NCBI GenBank assembly: GCA_965200475.1 | Contig: CBDAUL010000004.1 | Coordinates: 71,303 to 135,302 of the forward strand | Direction: 5' to 3' | DNA length: 64,000 nt | Source of the DNA: Vicinamibacterales bacterium | GTDB taxonomy: Bacteria; Acidobacteriota; Vicinamibacteria; Vicinamibacterales; UBA8438 | In this document: positions 29,748-41,084 of the stretch, piece by piece | Layout of the letters: each line of letters begins with the position of its first letter | Numbering within the stretch: the first letter of the stretch is position 1 | Notes under the pieces: generated by a model | What the model was told of the DNA's origin: nothing | Seen by the model: the letters and a program-made list of their open reading frames with translations, nothing else | The model's database searches: none | Made by a program: the position numbers and the translations under genes

Positions 29748-30647
29748 TCAGCGGCGCCGCACCATGCCGAGGTCGTCGAGGACCCGCTCGTCCTCGCGCC
29801 AGCCGGCGCGCACGCGCACGTGGAGATCCAGGTACAGCCTGGCCGCGAAGAACCGCTCGAGGTCCGTGCGCGCCTCCGTGCCGATCTGCCTGAGCAGCGA
29901 CCCGCGGCGGCCGATGACGATGGCCTTCTGCGAGCTGCGCTCGACGAGGATCGAGCAGAACACGCGCATGATCCCGTCCTCGCCCGCGTCCTCGAAGCGA
30001 TCGACCACGACCGCCGTCGAGAAGGGCAGCTCGGCGCGCGTGTGCCGCAGCAGCTTCTCGCGCACGGCCTCGGCCACGAGCACGCGCTCCGGCTGATCGG
30101 TCAGGTAGTCGTCGGGATACAGCGGCTCGCCCGCCGGCAGCGCCTCGAGGACCGCGGCCAGGAGGCGCTCGCAGCCGTCGCCCGTCCGGGCCGACACGGG
30201 CACGAGCGCGGCGAACTCCCGCTGCCGGCGGTACCAGTCGATGAGCGGCAGCAGGCGCTGCTTGGCGATCAGGTCGATCTTGTTCAGCGCCGCCACGACG
30301 GGGACGCTGGCCCGCTCGACCAGCCCCAGCACGTAGCGGTCCCCGGCCCCCGTCCCGACCGACGCATCGAGCACGAGCACGAGGACGTCGACGTCGCGGA
30401 TGGTGTCGAGCGCGAGATCGACCATCCGCGCGTTCATGCGGTGCAGGGGGCGATGAATTCCGGGGGTATCGACGAACACCACCTGGCCGGGGCGCTCGCC
30501 GGCGACGTTCCTGACGCCGACGATGCGATTCCGCGTCGTCTGCGGCTTGTCCGACACGATGGCCAGCTTGGCCCCGACGAACAGGTTCAGCAGCGTCGAC
30601 TTGCCGGCGTTGGGACGACCGATGAGCGACGCGAACCCGGCCCGCAT
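29748..30647 (-). CDS. era: GTPase Era
   Basis: GRPNAGKSTL, KPQTTR, DTPG and NKID motifs; KH domain VIGRRG. Confidence 0.96.
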   Translation of the reverse strand: MRAGFASLIGRPNAGKSTLLNLFVGAKLAIVSDKPQTTRNRIVGVRNVAGERPGQVVFVDTPGIHRPLHRMNARMVDLALDTIRDVDVLVLVLDASVGTGAGDRYVLGLVERASVPVVAALNKIDLIAKQRLLPLIDWYRRQREFAALVPVSARTGDGCERLLAAVLEALPAGEPLYPDDYLTDQPERVLVAEAVREKLLRHTRAELPFSTAVVVDRFEDAGEDGIMRVFCSILVERSSQKAIVIGRRGSLLRQIGTEARTDLERFFAARLYLDLHVRVRAGWREDERVLDDLGMVRRR

Positions 30648-31891
30648 CACCGCGCCGCGGCGCTTGCGGGCTCGGGCCGGCGCCGCATCCGGACGCGCTG
30701 GATGCGGCGCTCCTCGCCGTCGAGGATCTCGACGTCGACGCGGTCGACGACCAGGATCTCGCCCACGCGCGGCACGCGTCCGAGGCGCGCCAGCAGGTAG
30801 CCGCCGACCGTTTCGAAGCCCTGCCGCTCGACCTCCACGTCGAGCCGCTCGGCCATGTCGTCCACCCCGACGGTGCCGGAGAAGACGTAGCTGCCGCCGC
30901 CCTCGTCGACGATCGGCTCGGCTTCGACGTCGTACTCGTCGCGGATCTCGCCGACGATCTCCTCGAGCAGATCCTCGATGGTGACCACCCCGGCCGTGCC
31001 GCCGTACTCGTCGTGCACGATCGCAATCTGCACCTGCTGCCGCTGGAACTCCTTCAGGAGCGCCGCCACGCGCTTGGCTTCCGGCACGCTGTACACCGGG
31101 CGCATGAGACGCTCGACCACCCGCTCGTCGGCGCCTGCGTCCGACAGGGCGACGAGGTCCTTGACGAAGACGAAGCCGAGAATGTTGTCGAGGTCGTCCT
31201 GATAGACCGGCAGCCGGGAGTACTGCTGGTCGACGAACAGGTCGCGCAGCTCGGCCAGGGTCGCACCCGGCTGCACCCCGACGATGTCGGGGCGCGGGGT
31301 CATCACCTCGCGCACGACCGTGTCGCCGAACTCGACCACCGACTGCAGGAGCTGCCGCTCCGCGCGCTCGTCGATCTCGGAGTCGAGCCCGTTCTCCGCC
31401 GCGTCGTTCGCGCCGGCCTGCCCGTCCGCCGCCGCCCCGTGCGCGTCCGGGCGGTCGCGGCGGGCCCCGCTCAGCCGGTCGGCCAGCGCGCCCGTCACCG
31501 GGCGCAGCACGCTGGCCACCGCGTGGAACGACGGCAGCAGGACCGTCAGCACCCGCTCGGGACTCCGGCGCACGACGAGCAGCGGCAGCACGTGCCCGCA
31601 CGCCAGCGCGAACGCGACGAGGCCGGCGAACCCCAGCCACACGCCGGGGCCGCCGGGTTCGACGAGCAGCAGCGCCAGCGTGGTGACCAGCGCGACGGTG
31701 ACGGCCTGCAGCACGCCCGCGGTCACGAACAGGCGGGCCGGCTCCTCCAGGTAGTGCCCGAGCAGGCCGGGCTGGCCGTGCCGCTCGGCGTTCAGCCGCA
31801 GGGGCAGCCGCATCAGCACGCTGAACGCCGTCTGCACCGTCCCGACGTACAGCGCCGCGCACGCGAGCAGGAACAGCAGCAGGGGAATCAC
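30647..31891 (-). CDS. Hemolysin/CorC (CNNM-CBS-CorC) family protein
   Basis: N-terminal TM region; VREVMTPRPD, YSRLPVY and DEYGGTAGVVTIEDLLEEIVGEIRDEYD motifs. Confidence 0.92.
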   Translation of the reverse strand: MIPLLLFLLACAALYVGTVQTAFSVLMRLPLRLNAERHGQPGLLGHYLEEPARLFVTAGVLQAVTVALVTTLALLLVEPGGPGVWLGFAGLVAFALACGHVLPLLVVRRSPERVLTVLLPSFHAVASVLRPVTGALADRLSGARRDRPDAHGAAADGQAGANDAAENGLDSEIDERAERQLLQSVVEFGDTVVREVMTPRPDIVGVQPGATLAELRDLFVDQQYSRLPVYQDDLDNILGFVFVKDLVALSDAGADERVVERLMRPVYSVPEAKRVAALLKEFQRQQVQIAIVHDEYGGTAGVVTIEDLLEEIVGEIRDEYDVEAEPIVDEGGGSYVFSGTVGVDDMAERLDVEVERQGFETVGGYLLARLGRVPRVGEILVVDRVDVEILDGEERRIQRVRMRRRPEPASAAAR

Positions 31892-32342
31892 GGCGCGCCC
31901 TCGGCCAGGCCGCCCCGGCGCCACAGCCGCCGCTCGAAACGCTCCATCCGGCCGTTGTCCCGCGTGTGGTCGTATCCCAGCAGATGCAGCAGTCCGTGCA
32001 GCGCCAGCTTGCGCAGCTCCACGTCGACCGGGTGCCCCGCGGCGCGGGCCTGCCTCGCGGCCACGCCCGTCGCGATGACGACGTCGCCGAGCAGCCGGCG
32101 CGGCTCCCCGGGCAGGCGCGGACCCCGGTCGGCCGGGAACGACAGCACGTCGGTGCGGCGCCCGATGCCGCGGAACCGGCGGTTCAGGGCGCGCATCTTG
32201 CCGTCGCTCACGAGCGCGACGACCATCTCCCCGCCGCTCGCGGCCGCCGGGGCGACGCGCGCGAGCCAGTCGGGCAGATCACCCGACGGCCGCGGCCGAC
32301 CGCGGCCGTCGGTGACGGCGACGCGCAAGCGGGTCCTGGTTG

Positions 32343-32346
<4 letters not shown>
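31888..32346 (-). CDS. ybeY: rRNA maturation endoribonuclease YbeY
   Basis: TDVLSFP, LLGDVVI and [11 protein letters not shown] motifs. Confidence 0.93.
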
Positions 32347-33383
<1,037 letters not shown>

Positions 33384-33405
33384 GCACCGCCGCCGGGCGC
33401 TCGTG

Positions 33406-35172
33406 TTACCGATCGAGGTGCAGCTCGCGGAGCTGCCGGCGGTCGACCGCGGAGGGCGATCCGGCCATCAGATCGACGGCGCCCGCCGTCTTCGGGAACG
33501 CCATGACGTCGCGAATCGACGACTCGCCGGCCAGCAGCGCCACGATCCGGTCGAGTCCGAGGGCGATGCCGCCGTGCGGCGGCGTGCCGTACTGCAGGGC
33601 GTCGAGAAAGAACCCGAAGCGCGCCCTGGCCTCCTCGTCGTCGATCTTCAGGAGCCGGAAGATGCGCGCCTGCAGGCCCGCGTCGTGGATTCGGATGCTG
33701 CCGCCGCCAATCTCGTTGCCGTTGAGCACCAGGTCGTACGCGCGCGCGCGCGCCGACGCCGGATCGTCCTCGAGGCTGTCGACGTCCTCCGGCCGGGGCG
33801 ACGTGAAGGGGTGGTGCATCGACACCAGGCGCTGCTCCGTCTCGCTCCACTCCAGCAGGGGGAAGTCGACGACCCAGCTCAGCGCGACGCGGTCCTCGTC
33901 GATCAACCCGGCCCGCCGGGCCAGCCGCAGGCGGAACTGGCCGAGCAGGATCGACGCCTCGTGGCCCTGGCCGGCCGCGATGAGCGTCAGGTCGTCCGGC
34001 CCGGCCGCGGCGGTCTCGACGACCCGCGCCAGCGCCTCCGGGCCCGCGGCCTTGAGGATGGAGCTCTGGATCTCCCCTGCAGGCGACTGCCGCACCCAGA
34101 CGAGCCCCTTGGCGCCCAGCGCCAGCGCCTCGTCGACCAGGTTGTCGATCTGCGCGCGCGACTGGCGGCCGGCGCCCGGCACCACCAGGGCGCGCACCGA
34201 TCCGCCGCCGGCCACGATCTCGCGAAACACCTTGAACGCACCGTCGCGGAAGACGTCGGAGACGTCCTGCACGGGCATCTCGAAGCGCAGGTCGGGCTTG
34301 TCGCTGCCGTAGCGCTCCATGGCGGCGGCGTAGGAGAGGCGCGGAAACGGCGCCGGAACCTCCTTGCCGACCTGCCGGAAAACGGCCTGCATGAGGCGCT
34401 CGAGCGTGCCGAAGACCCGGTCTTCGTTCGCGAACGCCATCTCGATGTCGACCTGCGTGAACTCCGGCTGCCGGTCCGCGCGCAGGTCCTCGTCGCGAAA
34501 GCACTTGACGATCTGGAAGTACCGATCCATGCCCCCGATCATCAGGATCTGCTTGAAGATCTGCGGCGACTGCGGCAGCGCGTAGAACTGGCCGGCGTGC
34601 AGCCGGCTCGGCACCAGGTAGTCGCGCGCGCCCTCGGGCGTGGACTTGGTGAGCAGCGGGGTCTCGATCTCCCAGAACCCCTCCGCGTCGAGGCTGGTCC
34701 GCACGGCCATGGCGACGCGATGGCGCAGCCCGAGGTTGGCGCGCATGCGCGCGCGGCGGAGGTCCAGGTAGCGGTAGCGGAGGCGGGTCTCCTCGGAGAC
34801 CGGCGTCTCCTCGTCGATCTGGAACGGCGGCGTGCGCGCCTCGCTCAGCACGGTGACCGTGCGCACGGCCACCTCTACCTCGCCCGTGGCGATCTTCGGG
34901 TTCAGCGTCTCCTCCGAGCGGCGCTCCACCGGGCCCGCGACAGCCACCACGAACTCGGCCCGCAGCCGCTTCACCGCGGCGTGGACCGGGTCGCCCTCGC
35001 GCGCCACCACCTGCGTCACGCCGTCACGGTCGCGCAGATCGACGAATGTCAGCCCGCCGAGGTCCCGGACCTTGTGCACCCAGCCGGCCAGGACCACCTC
35101 CGTGCCTATGTCCTGCACGCGCAACTCGCCGCAGGTATGGGTTCGTACCAGCGCCTCGGACCGCTCGCTCAC
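33406..35172 (-). CDS. aspS: Aspartate--tRNA ligase
   Basis: [33 protein letters not shown] and [12 protein letters not shown] motifs. Confidence 0.97.
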   Translation of the reverse strand: MSERSEALVRTHTCGELRVQDIGTEVVLAGWVHKVRDLGGLTFVDLRDRDGVTQVVAREGDPVHAAVKRLRAEFVVAVAGPVERRSEETLNPKIATGEVEVAVRTVTVLSEARTPPFQIDEETPVSEETRLRYRYLDLRRARMRANLGLRHRVAMAVRTSLDAEGFWEIETPLLTKSTPEGARDYLVPSRLHAGQFYALPQSPQIFKQILMIGGMDRYFQIVKCFRDEDLRADRQPEFTQVDIEMAFANEDRVFGTLERLMQAVFRQVGKEVPAPFPRLSYAAAMERYGSDKPDLRFEMPVQDVSDVFRDGAFKVFREIVAGGGSVRALVVPGAGRQSRAQIDNLVDEALALGAKGLVWVRQSPAGEIQSSILKAAGPEALARVVETAAAGPDDLTLIAAGQGHEASILLGQFRLRLARRAGLIDEDRVALSWVVDFPLLEWSETEQRLVSMHHPFTSPRPEDVDSLEDDPASARARAYDLVLNGNEIGGGSIRIHDAGLQARIFRLLKIDDEEARARFGFFLDALQYGTPPHGGIALGLDRIVALLAGESSIRDVMAFPKTAGAVDLMAGSPSAVDRRQLRELHLDR

Positions 35173-35183
35173 CTGCTCTCCTC

Positions 35184-36434
35184 TCACGTCGCCTGCCCGC
35201 GGGACAGCCGCTCGACGACCTCCGACCGGGCCACGGTCGCCTGCTCCCCCGAGCCCATGTCCTTCACCGTCACCTCGCCGCGCGCCAGCTCGTCGTCGCC
35301 CAGGATGAGGACGCGCCGCGCCCCCGACCGGTCCGCCCGCTTCATCTGCGCCCGCAGCGAGCGCGCGTCGTAGTCGACGAGGGCGACCAGGCCCGCGTGG
35401 CGCAGGTCGCGGGCCAGCACGTGCGCCGGCTGCCGCGCCGCGTCGCCCAGCGCCACGACGAACGCGTCGGGCGACCAGGCCTCGACACCCTCCGGCATCG
35501 CGAGCACGAGCCGCTCCAGGCCGGCCGCGAAACCGATGCCGGACCGGTCCGGGCCGCCCAGTTGCCGGACGAGCCCGTCGTAGCGCCCGCCCCCGAGCAG
35601 CGCGTTCTGCGCGCCGAGCCGCCCGCTCAGCACCTCGAAGGTCGTCCGCGTGTAGTAGTCGAGCCCGCGCACCAGACGGTGCGACACGCGGTAGTCGAGC
35701 CCCAGCGCCGCCAACTGCGAGGTCGTCGCCGCGAAGTGCTCGCGGCAGCCGCCGCACAGATGGTCCGTCGAATGCGGCAGCGCGTCGACGATCGGCTGGC
35801 AGGCCGGCACCTTGCAATCGAATATGCGCAGCGGGTTGCTGGCGGCGCGCCGGCGGCAGTCGCCGCACAGCGCGGCCAGCCGCTCGCCGAGCGCGGCGAT
35901 CAGCGCCGCGTTGAACCCCGGCCGGCAGTCCTGGCACCCGACCGAGTTGATCACCAGCTCGGCGTCCTCGATGCCGAGCGCGCGCACCAGCGCCGCGGCC
36001 ATCTCGATCACCTCGGCGTCGAGCGCCGCGGCGGTGATGCCGAACACCTCGACGTCGAGCTGGTGGAACTGCCGGTAGCGTCCCTTCTGGGGTCGCTCGT
36101 AGCGGAACATCGGGCCGAGGCTGAACAGCTTCACCGTCGGGAGCTGCTGCTCGAGCGCATGCTCGACGAAGGCCCGCACCATGCTGGGCGTCGCCTCCGG
36201 CCGCAGCGTGACCCGCTCGCCGCCCTTGTCCTCGAACGCGTACATCTCCTTCTGGACGATGTCGGTGGTCTCGCCCGTGCCCTTGGCGAAGAGCTCCTCG
36301 CGCTCGATGACCGGGGTGCGGATCTCGTGGTAGCCGTAGCGGGTGCAGACGGCGTGGATCACCTGCTCGGCCCGCTGCCAGCGCTCGCTCTCGCCCGGCA
36401 GGATGTCACGGGTACCTCGAATGGCCGGGATCAT
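35184..36434 (-). CDS. hisS: Histidine--tRNA ligase
   Basis: RGTRD, LRPEAT, FRYERPQKGRYRQF, LVRGLDYY and GGRYD motifs. Confidence 0.97.
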   Translation of the reverse strand: MIPAIRGTRDILPGESERWQRAEQVIHAVCTRYGYHEIRTPVIEREELFAKGTGETTDIVQKEMYAFEDKGGERVTLRPEATPSMVRAFVEHALEQQLPTVKLFSLGPMFRYERPQKGRYRQFHQLDVEVFGITAAALDAEVIEMAAALVRALGIEDAELVINSVGCQDCRPGFNAALIAALGERLAALCGDCRRRAASNPLRIFDCKVPACQPIVDALPHSTDHLCGGCREHFAATTSQLAALGLDYRVSHRLVRGLDYYTRTTFEVLSGRLGAQNALLGGGRYDGLVRQLGGPDRSGIGFAAGLERLVLAMPEGVEAWSPDAFVVALGDAARQPAHVLARDLRHAGLVALVDYDARSLRAQMKRADRSGARRVLILGDDELARGEVTVKDMGSGEQATVARSEVVERLSRGQAT

Positions 36435-36439
36435 CGAAC

Positions 36440-36750
36440 TTCAATCAGACCGGGCTGCGCGGCCTCTTCCAGATGGGGCTGCGCCCCAAGCCCCCGGCGT
36501 CCGCTTGCGGGGCCCCTTCGCCCCGCGCCGCTCCCGCCGAGGCGCGCTGTGCGCAGCTTCCATCAGACGGGGCTGCGCCCCGAACCCCCGGCGTCCGCTT
36601 GCGGGGGCCCCTTCGCCCCGCGCCGCTCCCGCCGAGGCGCGCTGTGCGCAGCTTCCATCAGACGGGGCTGCGCCCCGAACCCCCGGCGTCCGCTTGCGGG
36701 GGCCCCTTCGCCCCGCGCCGCTCCCGCCGAGGCGCGCTGTGCGCGCCTTG
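36440..36750 (+). repeat. REP-like tandem array, 3 units of ~95 bp
   Basis: Unit CTTCCATCAGACGGGGCTGCGCCCCGAACCCCCGGCGTCCGCTTGCGGGGGCCCC...GCTGTGCGCAG begins at 36557 and 36652 (period 95). Confidence 0.92.
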
Positions 36751-36851
36751 GGTCTTGGCTGCCTGAGATTATAGCTGCCGGCGTCGTTGGCTGCCGTCGC
36801 CCGACCCGGCTCGCCGCGCGGGTGCGGCCCGCAGGGTGCATAATGGAGACG

Positions 36852-37871
36852 ATGGCGGTTCTCGACACGCTCGGGCGGCGGCTCCGCAGCCTGCGGATCT
36901 CGGTGACCGACCGCTGCAACCTGCGGTGCGGGTACTGCATGCCGGAGGCGGAGTACGTCTGGCTGCCCAGGCAGGACATCCTGACGTTCGAAGAGATCGG
37001 CCTGCTGGTCGACGTCTTCGCCGGCGCCGGCGTCGACCGGGTGCGCATCACCGGCGGCGAGCCGCTACTGCGCACCGACCTGCCCGATCTCGTCCGGCTG
37101 CTCGCCGCCAAGTCGCCCATCCGGGATCTCGCGCTCACGACCAACGGCGTCCTGCTGCCCGAGCGGGCGGAGGCGCTGCGCGCGGCCGGCCTGCACCGCA
37201 TCACGGTCAGCCTGGACACGCTGCGGCCCGACCGCTTCCGGGAGCTGACGCGCTTCGACGCGCTGGATGCCGTGCGGGCCGGTCTGGCCGAGGCGGCGGC
37301 GCACTTCGACGTCGTCAAGATCGACACCGTCGTCATCCGGGGCGTCAACGACGACGAGCTGGTCGACATCCTCGAGTACGGGCGGGAGCTGGGCGCCGAG
37401 GTGAGGTTCATCGAGTACATGGACGTGGGCGGGGCCACGCAATGGTCCGCCGCCGACGTGTTCTCGCGGACCGCCATCCTGGAGGCGCTCGCGCGGCGCT
37501 ACGGCCCGATTGCGCCGGTCGACGAGGTGACGTCGGCCCCGGCCGATCGCTTCCGCCTCGACGACGGGACGACGTTCGGCATCATCTCGTCGACGACGGA
37601 GCCGTTCTGCCGCGCATGCGACCGCAGCCGGCTGACGGCCGACGGGCTCTGGTACCTCTGCCTCTACGCGCTGCGGGGCACGGACCTGCGGGCGCCGCTG
37701 CGGGCCGGGGCGGCCGCCGGGGAGCTGCGCCGCCTGATCGAGTCGGTGTGGACGCGGCGCGACGACCGCGGCGCCGAGCTCCGGCTGGCCGCCGGCGACC
37801 GCCAGCCGCTCATCCCCCTCGAGAAGCTGCAGCGCGAGCCCCACCTCGAGATGCACACCCGCGGCGGATAG
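36852..37871 (+). CDS. moaA: GTP 3',8-cyclase
   Basis: LRISVTDRCNLRCGYC, TGGEPLLR, FCRACDRSRLT motifs and C-terminal GG. Confidence 0.96.
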   Translation: MAVLDTLGRRLRSLRISVTDRCNLRCGYCMPEAEYVWLPRQDILTFEEIGLLVDVFAGAGVDRVRITGGEPLLRTDLPDLVRLLAAKSPIRDLALTTNGVLLPERAEALRAAGLHRITVSLDTLRPDRFRELTRFDALDAVRAGLAEAAAHFDVVKIDTVVIRGVNDDELVDILEYGRELGAEVRFIEYMDVGGATQWSAADVFSRTAILEALARRYGPIAPVDEVTSAPADRFRLDDGTTFGIISSTTEPFCRACDRSRLTADGLWYLCLYALRGTDLRAPLRAGAAAGELRRLIESVWTRRDDRGAELRLAAGDRQPLIPLEKLQREPHLEMHTRGG

Positions 37872-37890
37872 AACCCCGCGCCGCGCAATT

Positions 37891-38064
37891 GCGCAAGGCG
37901 CGCACAGCGCGCCTCGGCGGTAGCGGCGCGGGGCTATGGGGTCCCCGCAAGCGGACGCCGGGGGTTCGGGGCGCAGCCCCGTCTGATTGAAGCCGGGAGC
38001 GGCGCGGGGCGAAGGGGCCCCCGCAAGCGAACGCCCGGGGCTTGGGGCGCAGCCCCATCTAGAA
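37891..38064 (-). repeat. REP-like repeat, 2 units (one truncated) between convergent genes
   Basis: Reverse complement of the 95-bp unit; overlaps the autotransporter stop codon. Confidence 0.85.
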
Positions 38065-39975
38065 GGCGATGCCCGCGCCCGCGCTGAAGCTGTAGCGCGC
38101 GCCGCGCCGCTCGCTGAAGTAGCCGGTGTAGGCAACGCCGATGTTGATGCGGTCGTCCATGGCCACGTTCACCCCGACGTCCGCGCTCCAGTACTCGCCC
38201 GGCGGGACGAAGCCCTGCATCGTGAAGCGGCCCGGCAGGCGGTTGGATCCGGCGGTGACGAGAATGGCGGCGTCCTCGGCTTCCGCGTTGTAGGCGACCC
38301 GGCCAAACGGACGGATCTCGCCCCCGTAGGCGTCCGGCGCGGCCATGATCTGGTATCCCGCGCGGCTGACCAGCGACCCGCGCTCGAAGCCCGCGAAGTG
38401 CATGGAGGTCGACGTGCCGGGTGCCTCCTCGTAGCCCGGGATGTCCTGCTGCAGCCACGACACGCCCGCGAAGGGGCCGTGGCGCAGGCCGGCCGGCGCA
38501 CCGAACATCCAGCCGGCGCCGGCCTCGGTGCCCAGTTGGCGAACGTTGATCGAGCCGGTTTCGGTGCGGACCGCCCGGCCGAGCATGACGCCCCCGGCCG
38601 ACGCGTCGTCCGCCCCACCGGCGAAGGCGGCGAAGAAGCCCGGCAGGCCGGCCGGCTGGCCAATGGTGATGTCGCGGCCGATCGCCACGTCGGTCGCGCC
38701 GCCGCTGACGGCGCCGTGCACGTAGGCGCCGCCGAAGTCCAACGCGGCGTGCGCCGACCCGATCACACCGCGCGTGTCGAGCTGCACGGCCGCAGCCTCG
38801 TTGCCATGCGTGCCGAAAGTCAGCGCTCCGCCCCACACCAGGCGCTCGCCGGCGCGGTGGTTGGCGCCCAGGGTGACGGTCACGACCCGCGCGCGGGCGG
38901 CCTCGATGACCGAGTCGAGGGCGAAGTCCTGCTCCCCGTACTGCACGGTGACGTACCCGCGCAGGTTGCGCTCGGCGGAGCCGAATTGCAGATCCGACAG
39001 CAGCTCGCGGTACACCGCCGTGCCGTGGTTGTCTGCCAGCCGCACGCCGCCCTCGCCCGCCAGCGAGACGGCGACGGGCGCGGCCAGCGTCGACAGCACG
39101 ACCTCGGCGAGAATCGCATGCCCGACGCCGGTCGGATGCAGGCCGTCGGCGAACAGCCAGCCCGCGTTGGCGCCCGGCGCGTAGGCGCCCGGCAGGCCGG
39201 CGCCGGCGGGACCACAGGGCAGGGCGGCAGGCGGCGCGCAGGCGGCGCCGGTGACGTCGGTCAGGTCATAGCGCTCGGGCTCGGCCCGCAGCTCGTTGAA
39301 CAGGCCGAAGACATCGATGGGAATGACGCCGCCGCCCAGCGTGCCGAGCCCCACCGACAGCGCGTCGTTGAACAGGCCGGTGGCCGCCGACAGCGCGGGG
39401 GCGGCGGGGTGCGCGGCAAACGCCGGCACGGTGCCCAGATCCGGGAGGTTGTAGACCACCACGTAGCCGGCGCCCGCGTCCTGCAGGTAGCCGATCTGCC
39501 GCACGTACGCGGCCCCGGCCGCCGCCGCGTCGGCCGCCGCGCTGGCCGGCCCCCGCGCCACCGCGGCGATGACGTCGTTGGCGCCGCCCGAGAGGCTGTA
39601 CAGCGCGTCCGGCGCGGCCTGTCCGCCGGTCGCCGACAGGTGCTGCGCGATCTGCGCCGCGGTGCTCGGCGTCGCCCCCAGGCAGGGACCGGCCGGGTTC
39701 ACGCACGCGCCTATCCAGGCGAAGTTCGTGCCGCCGGCCAGCGACGGCAGCACCGGCCGGCCGAGAGCCTCCGCGACGACCTCCGCCGCGACCGGGTCCG
39801 GGTTGGTGGTCAGGCTGAGGCCGGCCGGCAGCTCCAGCGCCAGCGCGAGATTGCCGGAATCGCTGAGGCTGTCGCCGAAAACGACGACGCCGCTGAACGG
39901 CTGGGCGCCGGCGGCGCCCGCGCACCCGAGGGCGAGGACCACGACGCCGGCCACGAGACGAAAGCAACGGGACAT
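38059..39975 (-). CDS. Autotransporter GDSL esterase/lipase (EstA-like)
   Basis: Signal peptide; FGDSLSD, GANDV and FADGLHPT motifs; C-terminal beta-barrel ending in F. Confidence 0.9.
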   Translation of the reverse strand: MSRCFRLVAGVVVLALGCAGAAGAQPFSGVVVFGDSLSDSGNLALALELPAGLSLTTNPDPVAAEVVAEALGRPVLPSLAGGTNFAWIGACVNPAGPCLGATPSTAAQIAQHLSATGGQAAPDALYSLSGGANDVIAAVARGPASAAADAAAAGAAYVRQIGYLQDAGAGYVVVYNLPDLGTVPAFAAHPAAPALSAATGLFNDALSVGLGTLGGGVIPIDVFGLFNELRAEPERYDLTDVTGAACAPPAALPCGPAGAGLPGAYAPGANAGWLFADGLHPTGVGHAILAEVVLSTLAAPVAVSLAGEGGVRLADNHGTAVYRELLSDLQFGSAERNLRGYVTVQYGEQDFALDSVIEAARARVVTVTLGANHRAGERLVWGGALTFGTHGNEAAAVQLDTRGVIGSAHAALDFGGAYVHGAVSGGATDVAIGRDITIGQPAGLPGFFAAFAGGADDASAGGVMLGRAVRTETGSINVRQLGTEAGAGWMFGAPAGLRHGPFAGVSWLQQDIPGYEEAPGTSTSMHFAGFERGSLVSRAGYQIMAAPDAYGGEIRPFGRVAYNAEAEDAAILVTAGSNRLPGRFTMQGFVPPGEYWSADVGVNVAMDDRINIGVAYTGYFSERRGARYSFSAGAGIAF

Positions 39976-40068
39976 GATCTTCTTCAGACCCTCCGCGGGG
40001 CAACCGAGCGACGGCACAAGCTTAACAAAGCGTCGCCGGCCGGCCGCGACCGACTACGACCCGCGAAG

Positions 40069-41055
40069 CTACCGCTCCTGGCGCGCGGCCGCCGCCGCCT
40101 CGTCGGCCCGCGCGCCGGCGAGGATGTTCGGCATCGCGTAGTTGCCCTCGTGGCAGGCGTACTCGAACAGCGGCTCCTCGTAGGGCTGCATCGGGATGGC
40201 GGCCGTCCACTCGCGCGTGTCGATGGTCGGGTCGGTGACGGTGAAACGGTAGTCGAGCGTGCCGTCGGGAAGCCGCGTGAAGCGCTCCACGAGCCGCGAG
40301 CCCGGCCCGCCCGAGAACGTGAGGAAGAAGCCGCCGAGCGAGGTCCGCTGCTCGCCCTTGGCCGCGAACCCGGCGGTCTCGACCACGAGGGTGTCGCCCT
40401 CCCAGCGCCCCCGCGACTGCCCGAGCCACTGCGGAATGCCCGACTGCGCCTGCCGGCGGCCCGCCAGCGGAATGATGCGCGCGTCGTGGATCATCTCGAC
40501 CTGCACCACGACGTGGTCCGGCGTCTGCAGGATCAGGTAGTTGTGGTTGTAGAAGCCCGGAATCATCGCGCCCGGCAGGCCGCGCGTGATGCAGCGGTCG
40601 TACAGGTTCATGTCCTCCCACGATGCGGGCGGCGCGAGCCAGCGCGCCATGAACTGCTCGGACCTGCGCTGCGCCTGCTCGGTCAGCAGCGGCAGCTTCC
40701 CGTCGGGCGGATCGACGACGAGTGATGTCTGGGCAATCAGGGCGCCCCGCTCGACCCAGAACTCGTTGTAGGCGCCGACGTTGCTGCGGCTGATGTTGTC
40801 GAAGCTGACCGCCTCGGCCACCTCCGCGTCCCGCGCCGCAAGCTCTTCGCTCGACAGCGTCTCCCGGTCGGACAGATCGTCGGGCCGCTCCATCGGCGTT
40901 GTCGTCGTGTTCGTCCACAGCCCCTGCAGATCGGGGTCGCCCCACGGCGTGCGCGGCGTCGTGGACGACTGCGCCGCAAGCGACGCCGGTCCCACCCATG
41001 CGATCCCGACCCCCGCCAGCAGTACGGCCGCCGCCATGAGCATGCGCTGCTGCAT
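40069..41055 (-). CDS. Conserved secreted hypothetical protein
   Basis: Signal peptide; PRTPWGDPDLQGLW, GRWEGDTLVVET and FEYACHEGN motifs; AAGGAG RBS. Confidence 0.8.
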   Translation of the reverse strand: MQQRMLMAAAVLLAGVGIAWVGPASLAAQSSTTPRTPWGDPDLQGLWTNTTTTPMERPDDLSDRETLSSEELAARDAEVAEAVSFDNISRSNVGAYNEFWVERGALIAQTSLVVDPPDGKLPLLTEQAQRRSEQFMARWLAPPASWEDMNLYDRCITRGLPGAMIPGFYNHNYLILQTPDHVVVQVEMIHDARIIPLAGRRQAQSGIPQWLGQSRGRWEGDTLVVETAGFAAKGEQRTSLGGFFLTFSGGPGSRLVERFTRLPDGTLDYRFTVTDPTIDTREWTAAIPMQPYEEPLFEYACHEGNYAMPNILAGARADEAAAAARQER

Positions 41056-41084
41056 GTCCTGTCTCCTTCCGAATCGCTGCGGTC

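Noticed and set aside
36440-36750. Tandem 95-bp arrays as CRISPR
   Set aside because: Units are contiguous near-identical copies with no unique spacers, too long for CRISPR repeats, and no cas genes are present
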